In this document: in pieces, positions 50,211-60,314 of the stretch
How positions within the stretch are numbered: the stretch's first letter is position 1
Layout of the letters: each line of letters opens with the position of its first letter
Assembly (NCBI GenBank): GCA_027018875.1
Contig: JALUYA010000002.1
Span: 3,386-67,385 of the forward strand
Length of the DNA stretch: 64,000 nt
Direction: 5' to 3'
Source: Gammaproteobacteria bacterium
Lineage (GTDB): Bacteria > Pseudomonadota > Gammaproteobacteria > JAKDMP01
Notes under the pieces: generated by a model
Told to the model about the DNA's origin: nothing
What the model saw: only the letters and a program-made list of their open reading frames with translations
Database searches by the model: none
Made by a program: the position numbers and the translations under genes

Positions 50211-50259
50211 ATCGGGGCAGGTTCGTATAATCCACGGGAGTTTCAATCGCGGGTAATGT

Positions 50260-51042
50260 GTGGATATTGAACTCAAGGGCAAACGGGCCCTGGTGACCGG
50301 GGCCAACTCCGGTGTCGGCCGGGCCATCGTGCGGGCCTATATCCGGGCGGGGGCGCAGGTGGCGATCAATTACGTGGCCCATCCGGGTGCGGCCCGGAAC
50401 CTGGTGGAAGAATTGACCCGGGAAGGCGGGCAGGGGTTTGCTTATCGAGCCGATGTGTCCGATCCCGAGGCGGTGAGCACGATGTTTGCCGGTATCGACG
50501 ATGTCTGGGGCGGGCTGGATATCCTGGTCAACTGCGCCGGCATCGATGGACCGCGTGAGCTGGCCTGGGAAGCGCGGATCAGCGAGTGGCGGCGCGTGAT
50601 TGAAACCAATCTCTTCGGGGCCTTTTACTGCGCCCAGGAAGCGCTGCGGCGCATGGTTCCGGCGGGTTCCGGCGTGGTGATTAACTTGACTTCGGTGCAT
50701 GAGCAGTTGCCGTGGAGCGGCTATTCGGCCTATACCGCGAGCAAGGCCGGGCTGGGCATGTTGACCAAGACCTTGGCGCAGGAGGCGGGACGGCATGGGG
50801 TGCGGGTGCTGGCGCTGGCACCGGGGGCGATCCAGAGTCCGATCAACCGCAGCGTTCTGGAGGACAAGGAAGGGTTGGCGCAACTGCTGACCCGGATCCC
50901 GACGGAGCGGCTGGGCGATCCCGAGGATGTGGCCGGCATGGCGGTGGTGCTGGCCTCCGATGCCGCGCGATATATCACCGGGACAACCGTATACGTGGAT
51001 GGCGGTATGTCGCTATTTCCCGGGTTCACGCACTGGGACTGA
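50260..51042 (+). CDS. SDR oxidoreductase, glucose 1-dehydrogenase-like
   Basis: TGANSGVG, SVHEQLPW, YTASK, PGAIQSPIN. Confidence 0.85.
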   Translation: MDIELKGKRALVTGANSGVGRAIVRAYIRAGAQVAINYVAHPGAARNLVEELTREGGQGFAYRADVSDPEAVSTMFAGIDDVWGGLDILVNCAGIDGPRELAWEARISEWRRVIETNLFGAFYCAQEALRRMVPAGSGVVINLTSVHEQLPWSGYSAYTASKAGLGMLTKTLAQEAGRHGVRVLALAPGAIQSPINRSVLEDKEGLAQLLTRIPTERLGDPEDVAGMAVVLASDAARYITGTTVYVDGGMSLFPGFTHWD

Positions 51043-51048
51043 GGCGAA

Positions 51049-52893
51049 ATGAACGATTATGATTCAGAGAATATCCCGGATTTCAAGCCACTGGAGGCCT
51101 ACGGGCTGATCGGCGACTGCCGTACCGCGGCCCTGGTCGGCGAAGATGGTTCGATCGACTGGGTGTGTATGCCGGATTTCGACAGCCCGGCGGTGTTTGC
51201 GGCGTTACTGGATCCCGCGGCCGGGCGGTTCGTGATCCGTCCTTGCGGGGAATTTCGTTCCCGTCAGTATTACGAGCCGGGTACCAATATCCTGGTAACC
51301 GAATTCGTGACCCGGAAGGGGCGCCTGCGGATTCGGGATTTTATGCCGATAATCGCCGAGCGGCGCAGCCCCGCGGGGGAGATTCATCGCCGGGTCGAGG
51401 TGGTGGACGGGCATGTGTCCCTGGAGCTTATCTTCGCGCCGCGCTTCGATTTTGCGGCGGGGCGGCATGAATTGCGGCTGGGGGATTACGGCGTACTGGC
51501 CTATTGCACCGCCGCGGATAATGGCACGTTGGCCCTGGCTTCGCCGATTCCGCTGCGGATCGATGGCGCCGATGCCCATGCCGATTTTTCCCTGGATGCC
51601 GGCGACGTGTTGTGGTTCGTTCTCGACTGGGACAGTCATTCGAGCCAGCCGGTTTCGGCGTATCGATCCCAGCAGCGATTAGGGTTGGCACGGGCTTACT
51701 GGCGTGACTGGATTGCGGGTCTGAGTTACCAGGGGACCTTCCACAGTGAGGTGCAACGCAGCTTGCTGACACTGAAACTTCTCATCTATGGCGCGACCGG
51801 TGCGGTGATCGCCGCACCGACCACCAGCCTGCCGGAATGGCCGGGGGGCACCCGCAATTGGGATTATCGCTACACCTGGGTGCGCGATTCCGCATTCATT
51901 CTTCGGGCCTTGTTCAGTGCGGGTTATGTTGCGGAGGGCACGCTCTATTTCGACTGGTTGCTCGAGCGCTGCGTCTGTGACGATGGCGGCATGCGCATTA
52001 TGTATGACGTGCGCGGAAGCGCCGAGTTGGATGAGCGGGAACTGGATTTGCGCGGCTACCGGGATTCGCGCCCGGTGCGGATCGGCAACGCGGCGGTAGA
52101 TCAGTTTCAGCTGGATATCTATGGCAGTTTGATTGAAGCTGCGTTTCGTTATCACCGGGCCGGCGGCGTGCTGACAATGGTCGAAATGGAGCGACTGGCG
52201 GCGATTATCGAATGGGTGAGCCGGGGCTGGCGCGAGCCCGATGACGGCATCTGGGAGGCTCGCGGCGAACGCCGCCACTATACCTATTCCAAGGTCTGGG
52301 CCTGGGTGGCGCTCAGTTGCGGGGTCCGCTTGGCGCAGGAGTTGGGGCTGGATCTGCCGTGGGAGCGCTGGAGTGTCGAGGCCGAGGAGATTCGCCGGCA
52401 GGTACTCGAGCGATCCTACAATGAGAAAATCGGTGCGTTCACTCAATCTTACGATAGTGACATACTCGATGCCTCTGTTCTGGTGATGCCGATCACCGGA
52501 ATCATCTCCGCTAACGATCCGCGGTTTCGCTCGACCCGGGCGGTGCTGTGCGAGCGGCTGGCGGCCGGCCCTTATCCGCTGCTTTACCGCTATGATCCCA
52601 AGCTCGCCGAAGATGGGGTAGGCGGGCCGGAGGGCGCCTTTCTGTTACCTTCATTCTGGTTGGTCGAGGGGTTGGTATTGTCGGGAATGCACAAGGAGGC
52701 GCGAGCCACCTTTGAGGCGCTGCTTCGCCATGGTTCGCCGCTGGGGCTGTACAGTGAAGAGATTCACCCCGAGACCCGGGAGCTTCTAGGGAATTTTCCC
52801 CAGGGGTTCAGTCATCTGGGCCTGGTGAATGCCGCGCTCGCCCTGGAGCAGAGTCCCTACCAGTCCCGCCTGATTATGAATGCAGTTTCCTGA
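51049..52893 (+). CDS. glycoside hydrolase family 15 (trehalase/glucoamylase-like)
   Basis: YGLIGDCRTAALV, AAPTTSLPE..RNWDYRYTWVRD, GIWEAR, GNFPQGFSH. Confidence 0.92.
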   Translation: MNDYDSENIPDFKPLEAYGLIGDCRTAALVGEDGSIDWVCMPDFDSPAVFAALLDPAAGRFVIRPCGEFRSRQYYEPGTNILVTEFVTRKGRLRIRDFMPIIAERRSPAGEIHRRVEVVDGHVSLELIFAPRFDFAAGRHELRLGDYGVLAYCTAADNGTLALASPIPLRIDGADAHADFSLDAGDVLWFVLDWDSHSSQPVSAYRSQQRLGLARAYWRDWIAGLSYQGTFHSEVQRSLLTLKLLIYGATGAVIAAPTTSLPEWPGGTRNWDYRYTWVRDSAFILRALFSAGYVAEGTLYFDWLLERCVCDDGGMRIMYDVRGSAELDERELDLRGYRDSRPVRIGNAAVDQFQLDIYGSLIEAAFRYHRAGGVLTMVEMERLAAIIEWVSRGWREPDDGIWEARGERRHYTYSKVWAWVALSCGVRLAQELGLDLPWERWSVEAEEIRRQVLERSYNEKIGAFTQSYDSDILDASVLVMPITGIISANDPRFRSTRAVLCERLAAGPYPLLYRYDPKLAEDGVGGPEGAFLLPSFWLVEGLVLSGMHKEARATFEALLRHGSPLGLYSEEIHPETRELLGNFPQGFSHLGLVNAALALEQSPYQSRLIMNAVS

Positions 52894-53139
52894 TATGTGT
52901 TGATCCATCTGTTTCGTGGCGTCACGAACGGTTTCGGCGCTGGGCCGCCCCGAAAGCCACTGTGTAGTTTCGGCTCGGCTGAGTACAAGCATCATCGCAC
53001 TGAGAAGACTCAGCATATTTCGCGAGGGGGGACAGGGTCCTTGGTATCTAACCTAACCTTGGGCCGGTAATGAATCGGGCGTGACAGCGGGCCGTGGGGG
53101 ATGACGGGGAACGTTCCTGCGGGGAGGAGCCCCGGGGTA

Positions 53140-53904
53140 TCACCCGGGCGTTTTTCCAGGTTCCCGCTCGCGCAGCAGCACCTCGGCCCTGGGAAGATCT
53201 TCGGGGGTGTCTATGGCGATAGATGGGACTTGTATTCCCACCGCAACCCGGATGCGCAAACCCAGCCACAAGGCCCGCAACTGTTCCAGTCCCTCCGCCC
53301 GCTCAAGCGCACAGACCGGCTCGGTGGCGATTTGCTCCAGGGTGCCTGCCCGGTAGGCATAGAGCCCGACATGGCGCAATATCTCCGGCGGGAGGTCGGC
53401 CCCTGCTTCCCGTGGCCAGGGGATCGGGGCACGACTGAAATACAGGGCATAACCGGCACGGTCGGTTACCAGCTTGACCACATGCGGGTCATGGAAAGCC
53501 TGCTCTTGGCGCAGGCGGCAAGCCAGGGTCGCCATGGCGGCATCGGGATCGGCAGCCAGCGTTTCGGCTACCAGGTTGATCGCCGCCGGCGGCATCAAAG
53601 GCTCGTCTCCCTGGAGGTTGACCACGATTTCGGTCTCGCGCCAACCCGAGCGGGCAGCCAGCTCCGCAATTCGGTCGGTGCCCGAAGCATGTGCGCTCGA
53701 GGTCATGGCCACCTGGACCCCAAGCCCTTCGCAGGCCGCGGCAATCCGCTCGTCATCGGTTGCCACCCAGACCTCGGAGGCCAGGCTTTCGAATGCCCGG
53801 GCACAAACATGGCGGATAAGCGGCCGGCCGGCCAGGGGGATCAGCGGTTTTCCGGGGAGGCGACCCGAACCGTAACGGGCCGGGATCACGACCCGAAAAT
53901 TCAC
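53140..53904 (-). CDS. kdsB: CMP-Kdo synthetase
   Basis: [34 protein letters not shown]. Confidence 0.96.
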   Translation of the reverse strand: MNFRVVIPARYGSGRLPGKPLIPLAGRPLIRHVCARAFESLASEVWVATDDERIAAACEGLGVQVAMTSSAHASGTDRIAELAARSGWRETEIVVNLQGDEPLMPPAAINLVAETLAADPDAAMATLACRLRQEQAFHDPHVVKLVTDRAGYALYFSRAPIPWPREAGADLPPEILRHVGLYAYRAGTLEQIATEPVCALERAEGLEQLRALWLGLRIRVAVGIQVPSIAIDTPEDLPRAEVLLREREPGKTPG

Positions 53905-54083
53905 CGTTCCAATTCCTCTAAACTCAGGTGCCGTGCCTCCTCCTCGAGCATCACCGGAATACCGTCGCGAACCGGAAAAGCCAGGCGATCGGCACGACAG
54001 ATGAGTTCCGGGGTTTCACGCACATAATCGAGCCGGCCCTTGCACAAGGGACAAACCAGAATTTCAAGTAATTTTGCATCCAT
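53901..54083 (-). CDS. ycaR: Trm112-like protein YcaR
   Basis: [23 protein letters not shown]; lpxK-ycaR-kdsB synteny. Confidence 0.92.
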   Translation of the reverse strand: MDAKLLEILVCPLCKGRLDYVRETPELICRADRLAFPVRDGIPVMLEEEARHLSLEELER

Positions 54084-54098
54084 GAATATCTCCAGGGT

Positions 54099-55106
54099 TC
54101 AAGTTGCACCGCGAACCAGGGCCAGAAGATTCGCCGCATCGGATTCCGAAAATATTACCCGAAGTGGGACCCGCCAGACATGTTCGAGTCGCTCAAGGGG
54201 CAGTTTGACCGCATCTTTTTCGGTGATCAGTAACGGGCGGTCGCTGGGTAGGCGGCGTATAAAATCGGCAATCGGCGCGTGGTCGGGCAACGCATGAGCC
54301 TCAATTTCAAGCCCGTGGAGCCGCAACGCACGAAAAAACCCTTCGGGTTCGGCAATTGCGGCCAGCGCGCGCAGCGGGCGGCCGCGGAACCACTCGAGAG
54401 TCCGGGCCGGGCCTCCGGCCAACGGGACGGCCTGCTCCAGCGCATAGTTCATGACGAAATTCGGAGTTCCGTCGGCCTCGGTCGGGGCCTCGCCTGCTCC
54501 CTTGAACACCACGGCATCGGCTTGTGCCAGTCGTGCGGGAAGTTCGCGTAGCGGCCCCGCCGGCAGCAATGCGCCGTTGCCAAACCCCCGGATCGTATCG
54601 ATGGCGACAATTTCCATATCGCGGGCGAGACGATAGTGCTGGAGGCCGTCATCGGCAAGAATCAGGTCAGGGTGACAGGTTTCACACAGCGATCTGGCGG
54701 CCGCCACACGGTCCCGACACGCCACCACCGGGACTCCGGTCAGGCGTGCCAGCAGCAGCGCTTCGTCGCCCGCGTGCGCGACCGGGGTAGTGGGGGTTAC
54801 CGTAAGCGGATAATGCTGCCGTCCACCATAACCCCGAGTAACAATGCCTACTCGCACCCCCGCGGCGGTCAATTGGCATGCCAACCAGGCGACCAGCGGG
54901 GTTTTGCCGTTACCGCCTACCGTCAGGTTACCCACTACAACCACCCGCGCGGGGATAGCAATACTCGCCAGCCAGTCCCACCGATACAGTTTCCGCCGCA
55001 GCCCGCTCACGGCTCCAAACAGTCCCGCCGCCGGGCGCAGGTAAACCGGGGGCCGGGCGCTACCATACCAGCGCTTGTCAAGCCAGCGGGCCAGGCGACC
55101 CCTCAC
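54099..55106 (-). CDS. lpxK: tetraacyldisaccharide 4'-kinase
   Basis: VGNLTVGGNGKTP, DDGLQHYRLARD, TEKDAVK. Confidence 0.96.
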   Translation of the reverse strand: MRGRLARWLDKRWYGSARPPVYLRPAAGLFGAVSGLRRKLYRWDWLASIAIPARVVVVGNLTVGGNGKTPLVAWLACQLTAAGVRVGIVTRGYGGRQHYPLTVTPTTPVAHAGDEALLLARLTGVPVVACRDRVAAARSLCETCHPDLILADDGLQHYRLARDMEIVAIDTIRGFGNGALLPAGPLRELPARLAQADAVVFKGAGEAPTEADGTPNFVMNYALEQAVPLAGGPARTLEWFRGRPLRALAAIAEPEGFFRALRLHGLEIEAHALPDHAPIADFIRRLPSDRPLLITEKDAVKLPLERLEHVWRVPLRVIFSESDAANLLALVRGAT

Positions 55107-56863
55107 GTTCGCCCGCGTATTTCCAGCCGATACAGGCTGGCATACAAGCCGCCTGATTCGAGCAATTCTTGATGCGTGCCGGTCTCGACGATGCGTCCCT
55201 GGTTCAGTACCAAGATCCGGTTGGCCCGCTCGACCGTCGTCAGCCGGTGCGCGATAACGAGCGTCGTTCGCCCGCTCATCAAGCGGTCCAATGCCTCTTC
55301 GACCGCTTGTTCGGCCTCGCTATCGAGTGCCGAGGTCGCCTCATCGAGCACCAGAATCGGAGCATTATTGATTAGCGCCCGAGCGATCGAGAGCCGCTGG
55401 CGTTGTCCTCCCGAAAGCAAGAGCCCGCGTTCGCCGACCACGGTCCCGAAGCCTTCGGGAAGCTGCTCGATCTCATCGAGTAGCCGGGCGGTTCGGGCCG
55501 CTTCGCGTATCGCCTCCTCGCTTGCCCCTTCGGGGGCTCCATAGGCAATGTTATGCGCGATCGTATCATTGAACAGGATGACATTCTGGGTCACCATGGC
55601 GATCTGGCGCCGGAGTTCCGCGAGCGGCACGTCACGCAGATCTATCCCATCGATCAGAATACGTCCCCCGTCGGGGTCATAAAAACGTGGGACCAGGCTT
55701 GCCAGCGTGCTTTTACCGCTTCCCGAGCGGCCGACGAGCGCAATGCGTTCCCCCGGATGAAGATCGAAACTGATATTTTTCAGAACCGGAGCCCGGCTCG
55801 ATGGGTAAGCAAAATCCACCTGCCGGAAACACAATTCCCCCCGTACCTGGGCGAGTGTATGCGTACCCCGGTCCTGCTCCGAATCCAGGTCCAGTAACTC
55901 GAAAATGCTCTCGCCTGCGGCAATTCCCCGCTGTACCGCCGCCATGACATCGGTCAGCCGCCGCAGCGGCGGCAAGAGCAGGGTTACCGCGGTCAAAAAC
56001 GAGGCGAAATCGCCGACGTTGTTCCCGGCCTTAAAAGGCTTGAGCGTCAACACGTAGAGTACCAGCGCCAGGCCGGCACCGGCGATCACCTGAATCACCG
56101 GGTTGGCGACGGCGCTGGTAAAGGCCAGCTTCAGGTTCTGGCGTAGATTCTGTTGGTTGGCCAGTTCAAAGCGGGCCGTCTCGGCCGTCTCGGCACTGTA
56201 GAGCTTTACCATGCGATGCCCCGCGATCACCTCCTCGGTGGTGCGGGAAATCTCCCCCATGCTGTCCTGGATGCGAGTCGATACCTTGCGGAAACGCCGG
56301 CTGACATAGGTTGTCAACCCGGCAATCAGCGGTACTATGACCAGGATCAGCACCGTTAACAACCAGTTCAGGTAGATCATCCAACCGAGCAGCGCAACCA
56401 CCGTCACCGTGTCGCGTACCGCCACCTTGACGGAGTTGGTGGTGGACTCGGCTACCTGCTCGGTGTTGTAGGTCAACTTGGACAGCAAGGTGCCGGTGGC
56501 ATTGCTATCGAAAAAGCTTGCCGGCAGGTTGAGCAATTTACGGAACAGGTCGCTGCGCAGGGCAAGAATGACGCGCCGACCGATCCAGCTCATCGAATAG
56601 TTCAAGGTAAATCCGGCGAGACCCCGCACGAAAAACAACAGCAATATTTCTCCCGCGATCAAACGGATGACCATCGGGTTACGATTCACGAAGCCACCGT
56701 TCATGAGCGGTTTCATCAGTGCGGCAAATGCGGTTTGAGTCAACGAGTAAATGATCATTGCCGCGAAGGCGAGAAGAAAAACCAGCCAGTAGCGTTTGAC
56801 ATAGCGCAACAATCGGGCATAAATCGCCAGTGCCGCCGGATCCAGAAGGTGACGCTTTTTCAT
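55103..56863 (-). CDS. msbA: lipid A export ABC transporter
   Basis: TM domain plus GRSGSGKS, LSGGQRQR, LDEATSALD; next to lpxK. Confidence 0.95.
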   Translation of the reverse strand: MKKRHLLDPAALAIYARLLRYVKRYWLVFLLAFAAMIIYSLTQTAFAALMKPLMNGGFVNRNPMVIRLIAGEILLLFFVRGLAGFTLNYSMSWIGRRVILALRSDLFRKLLNLPASFFDSNATGTLLSKLTYNTEQVAESTTNSVKVAVRDTVTVVALLGWMIYLNWLLTVLILVIVPLIAGLTTYVSRRFRKVSTRIQDSMGEISRTTEEVIAGHRMVKLYSAETAETARFELANQQNLRQNLKLAFTSAVANPVIQVIAGAGLALVLYVLTLKPFKAGNNVGDFASFLTAVTLLLPPLRRLTDVMAAVQRGIAAGESIFELLDLDSEQDRGTHTLAQVRGELCFRQVDFAYPSSRAPVLKNISFDLHPGERIALVGRSGSGKSTLASLVPRFYDPDGGRILIDGIDLRDVPLAELRRQIAMVTQNVILFNDTIAHNIAYGAPEGASEEAIREAARTARLLDEIEQLPEGFGTVVGERGLLLSGGQRQRLSIARALINNAPILVLDEATSALDSEAEQAVEEALDRLMSGRTTLVIAHRLTTVERANRILVLNQGRIVETGTHQELLESGGLYASLYRLEIRGRT

Positions 56864-57276
56864 CGCCGCGGGTCGTGAGTCGTGAGAATATTGATACGAT
56901 CGAACCCCAGTGACCCGGCCACGTCCATGACCGTCACGATGGCCTGGGTCGAAGCCCGGGCATCTGCGCGCAGAATTACGCGACGCCGCCGATTCCGGCC
57001 CGCGAGCCGCTCAAGCGCTGCCCGCAATGTCGCCGCCCGGGAGTTGATCAGGGCGCGACCGTTAACTAGGTACAAACCCCGTCGGGTCACGGTCACGGTG
57101 ATGGGCGAGACGCCGGGCGGCGCGGTCACGCTGGCTTTCGGCAGCTCTACCCGGATACGCGAAGGATGGATGAAGGTTGTCGAGAGCATGAAAAAAATAA
57201 GCAGCATCAACACCACGTCGATCATCGATACCAGGCTGATTTCCGGGTCTTCGCCCCGGCGAGGACGCAGATTCAT
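56860..57276 (-). CDS. exbD: ExbD/TolR-family protein
   Basis: MIDVVLMLLIFFM, ILRADA. Confidence 0.9.
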   Translation of the reverse strand: MNLRPRRGEDPEISLVSMIDVVLMLLIFFMLSTTFIHPSRIRVELPKASVTAPPGVSPITVTVTRRGLYLVNGRALINSRAATLRAALERLAGRNRRRRVILRADARASTQAIVTVMDVAGSLGFDRINILTTHDPRR

Positions 57277-57908
57277 GCCCCACTGCGGGAATGTTGGGGT
57301 TCGGCTTTACCCGAATGTAGTGCTTCGACTAACTTTATCGCATCCGCTTCCATCCGCACGACCAGATCATCCACCTTACCGCGAAAATAGCGATAGGCGA
57401 TCAAGCTGGGAATTGCGACCGTCAATCCGGCTGCCGTGGTAATGAGCGCCTCGGCAATGCCGCCGGAAAGGACTTGGGGGCTGGCCGTTCCCTGGCTGGT
57501 AATCACCGCAAAAACCTTCATGATGCCGAGCACCGTGCCTAGCAGGCCAAGCAGGGGGCTGATTCCGGCGATGGTGCCGAGGGTGTTGAGGTAACGCTCG
57601 AGCTCATGCACGACATGGCGGCCGATATCCTCTATCGACTCCTTCATCAGGGCGCGGCTGTCACTGCGGTGCACGAGCCCGGCGGCCAGGATGTTCCCCA
57701 AGGGGGAATGGCGGCGAAGATACTCGATGCGGGCGGCATCGAGTTCTCCGTTTTTGATCCATAGCCAGATCTCGGCCAGCAAGTGTTGCGGACAAATTCG
57801 GCTCGAGCGCAGGGTCCACAAACGCTCGAGCGCGATCCCGAGCGCAATGACCGAGCATAGTAAAATTGGCAACATCAGCCAGCCGCCTTCGCGGACAGTT
57901 TCCAGCAT
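57273..57908 (-). CDS. exbB: MotA/TolQ/ExbB proton channel protein
   Basis: SPLLGLLGTV, GIAEALITTAAGL.VAIP. Confidence 0.88.
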   Translation of the reverse strand: MLETVREGGWLMLPILLCSVIALGIALERLWTLRSSRICPQHLLAEIWLWIKNGELDAARIEYLRRHSPLGNILAAGLVHRSDSRALMKESIEDIGRHVVHELERYLNTLGTIAGISPLLGLLGTVLGIMKVFAVITSQGTASPQVLSGGIAEALITTAAGLTVAIPSLIAYRYFRGKVDDLVVRMEADAIKLVEALHSGKAEPQHSRSGA

Positions 57909-58001
57909 ATTTCGGCTCCGCCGGGTAGGTGACAATCATTTTGATCGAAACATCATAACAAGCCGAATCGCATGGCTTGCAAGCGATCGGATACAGCCCG
58001 C

Positions 58002-60314
58002 CTATGGATCGGTCCAGGGCCGACGATGATCCAGCCGGTAGCGTCCGCGTAGCCGTACGCCTTCGCCCGGCACAACTTCAAAGCGTAGCGCCCCGGTATA
58101 AGCGGTATTGAACAGGCGCGCCGGGGTTGAACCGTAGCGGGCCAGCACCGTTTGGCGGGGGAATCCATAGCGGTTGTGGTACCCGGTGGTAAAGATTACA
58201 AACCGGGGATGCACTGCCTTGATAAAGGCCGGGGTCGAGGAGGTGGCACTGCCATGATGCGGGGCTATCAGTACCTCGGCCGCCAGTGCCCGGCGCGCAT
58301 GAGTCACCAGCCAGTGCTCACCTCCCCGTTCAATATCACCCGGTATCAGTACACTGCCGCCGGAACCGCTGACCTTCAGCACGCAAGAATGATTATTATC
58401 CGGATGCCCCGACCCCGGCGGCGGAGACAGGATGAAAAAGTCAACCCGGTCATACCTCCAGCGTTGCCCCGCCCGGCACATCCGTCCTATCCCCGGGGCG
58501 CTGGAAAATACCGGCACATCGGGCCAGGCCGCGGCCAGGGCGGGCAGCCCACCGGCATGATCCCTGTCCGCATGGGAAATGACGATCAGCGACGGCCTAT
58601 GCAAACGATACGCGGCGAAATAAGGCAGCAATATCTCACTCCCGGCGCTGCGCCCATTCCATCCTGCCGGTCCCGAATCCACCAAAACTATGTGGCGAGC
58701 GGTCTGGATCGCCACCGCCGAGCCTTGTCCGACGTCGAAGACGGTGAAAAAAAATCCACCTGCCGGTGGCTCACGGATGAGAGGCCACAGCAACGGCAGG
58801 CACAAGGCCGCCCCGGCCAGGCGAATTCCAAGTCCCCGTGGAGCGAGCAAAGCCACCGCCCCGCCAATGGCCGCCGCCAGCACCAACCCATCGACAGGGG
58901 CGATGGCAAGGGTTGCGTGGGGCACGTGGGCCAACCAGTCGAGGGCAATAAACAGGTGCCGCAGGCCCCAGGCGGCGGCCCGGAAAAAAACATCCCCCCA
59001 ACCCGGGTGCAGTAAGGTCGCCATAATTCCCAGGAGCGCAAATGGAACCACCAGCCATCCCACCACCGGCACCGCAAGCAGATTTGCCACCGGTCCGATG
59101 AGCGAGATCCGGCCGAAAAAAGCGCCAACCAGGGGGATCAGCCCCAACGATACGACCAGTTGCGCGCGCACCAGGCCGCGACCGCTGCGGGCCGCAGCCA
59201 GGCCGTAGAGTAGGGCCGCCACGGCACCGAAGGATAACCAGAAACTCGCGGTGATCACCGCCAGCGGGGAAAACAGCGTCACCACGAAGGCAGCCAGACC
59301 GAGGGCATCGCCCAGCGCGATGCGCCGCCGCAGCATCAGGGCTACCAGCGGTAGGGCCAGCATGACCAGCGCCCGCCGGGTAGGCAGCCCAAAACCGGCT
59401 AGCGCCGCATAGCCGAGTGCGGCCAACCAGGCCAACACCGCGGCCGCGAGCAGTACCGGGATATGCCGCACCAGGGCGTGAGCCCGGCGCAAGATCCCCC
59501 GGGCAAGGAAGAACACCAAGGCGGCAATCAGACCCAGGTGCAACCCCGAGATAGCCAGTAAATGGGTGGTACCCGTGGCGCGCAGCGTTCTCCATTGGGC
59601 CTGGCTCACTTCGCCCCGTTCGCCCACGGCGAGCCCGGTCACCAGGCCTGCTGCGGGATTGTTGGGTAATGCAGCCTGGATTGCCCGTGCCAACCGTTCC
59701 CGCCATTGGAGCAGTCCGCCCGCGGCGCCCGCAAGGCGGGTTGCCCGGTTATGGTAAACATAGCCGCCGGCGCCTATCCCATGGGCCAGGGCCCAGCCCG
59801 CATAATCGAATCCCCCCGGGTTGGCGCGGGAGCGAGGACGGCGCAAACGCACCGCAAACCGCCACACCTCACCCGCCTTGGGGGTCGGGCCATGAGGTGG
59901 GCGGTACCAACTTAGAACGATCTTGCGGGGCAGGGAAACCGGGTGTCCGATACCGGGTATTTTGCCCCGGCGCACCTCTACCTCGAAGCGTATCCGCCCC
60001 ACATTGCGATGGGGAATCGTGGCGATACGCCCGACGATCTCCAGGGTTTTGCCCGCCAACGCAGGTGCCAGGCGATCCCGCAACGCCCGATCGGCCGCAT
60101 GGGTCGAGTAGATTGCCCCCAGCACGGCCATGAACAACAAGGCAAAACGGCGGTCGTAAAAACAGGCGCCGGCCGCTATCCCGACTCCTGCTCCAAGCAC
60201 AACAAATGAGGGGGGAGTCGATCCGCCCAGCGCCAAAGTGGCGCCGATAACCCATGCGGCTCCCAGCAGCGAAAGCGCGGGCCAGCGCCCGTGCGGTATT
60301 GTTACCCTACTCGT
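58002..60314 (-). CDS. comEC: DNA uptake channel ComEC/Rec2 (start uncertain)
   Basis: NPGGFDY, HLLAISGLH, DVGQG, SHADRDHAGG, PHHGS. Confidence 0.92.
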   Translation of the reverse strand, partial: TSRVTIPHGRWPALSLLGAAWVIGATLALGGSTPPSFVVLGAGVGIAAGACFYDRRFALLFMAVLGAIYSTHAADRALRDRLAPALAGKTLEIVGRIATIPHRNVGRIRFEVEVRRGKIPGIGHPVSLPRKIVLSWYRPPHGPTPKAGEVWRFAVRLRRPRSRANPGGFDYAGWALAHGIGAGGYVYHNRATRLAGAAGGLLQWRERLARAIQAALPNNPAAGLVTGLAVGERGEVSQAQWRTLRATGTTHLLAISGLHLGLIAALVFFLARGILRRAHALVRHIPVLLAAAVLAWLAALGYAALAGFGLPTRRALVMLALPLVALMLRRRIALGDALGLAAFVVTLFSPLAVITASFWLSFGAVAALLYGLAAARSGRGLVRAQLVVSLGLIPLVGAFFGRISLIGPVANLLAVPVVGWLVVPFALLGIMATLLHPGWGDVFFRAAAWGLRHLFIALDWLAHVPHATLAIAPVDGLVLAAAIGGAVALLAPRGLGIRLAGAALCLPLLWPLIREPPAGGFFFTVFDVGQGSAVAIQTARHIVLVDSGPAGWNGRSAGSEILLPYFAAYRLHRPSLIVISHADRDHAGGLPALAAAWPDVPVFSSAPGIGRMCRAGQRWRYDRVDFFILSPPPGSGHPDNNHSCVLKVSGSGGSVLIPGDIERGGEHWLVTHARRALAAEVLIAPHHGSATSSTPAFIKAVHPRFVIFTTGYHNRYGFPRQTVLARYGSTPARLFNTAYTGALRFEVVPGEGVRLRGRYRLDHRRPWTDP

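Noticed and set aside
53101-54027. 308-aa plus-strand ORF
   Set aside because: Antisense to kdsB/ycaR.
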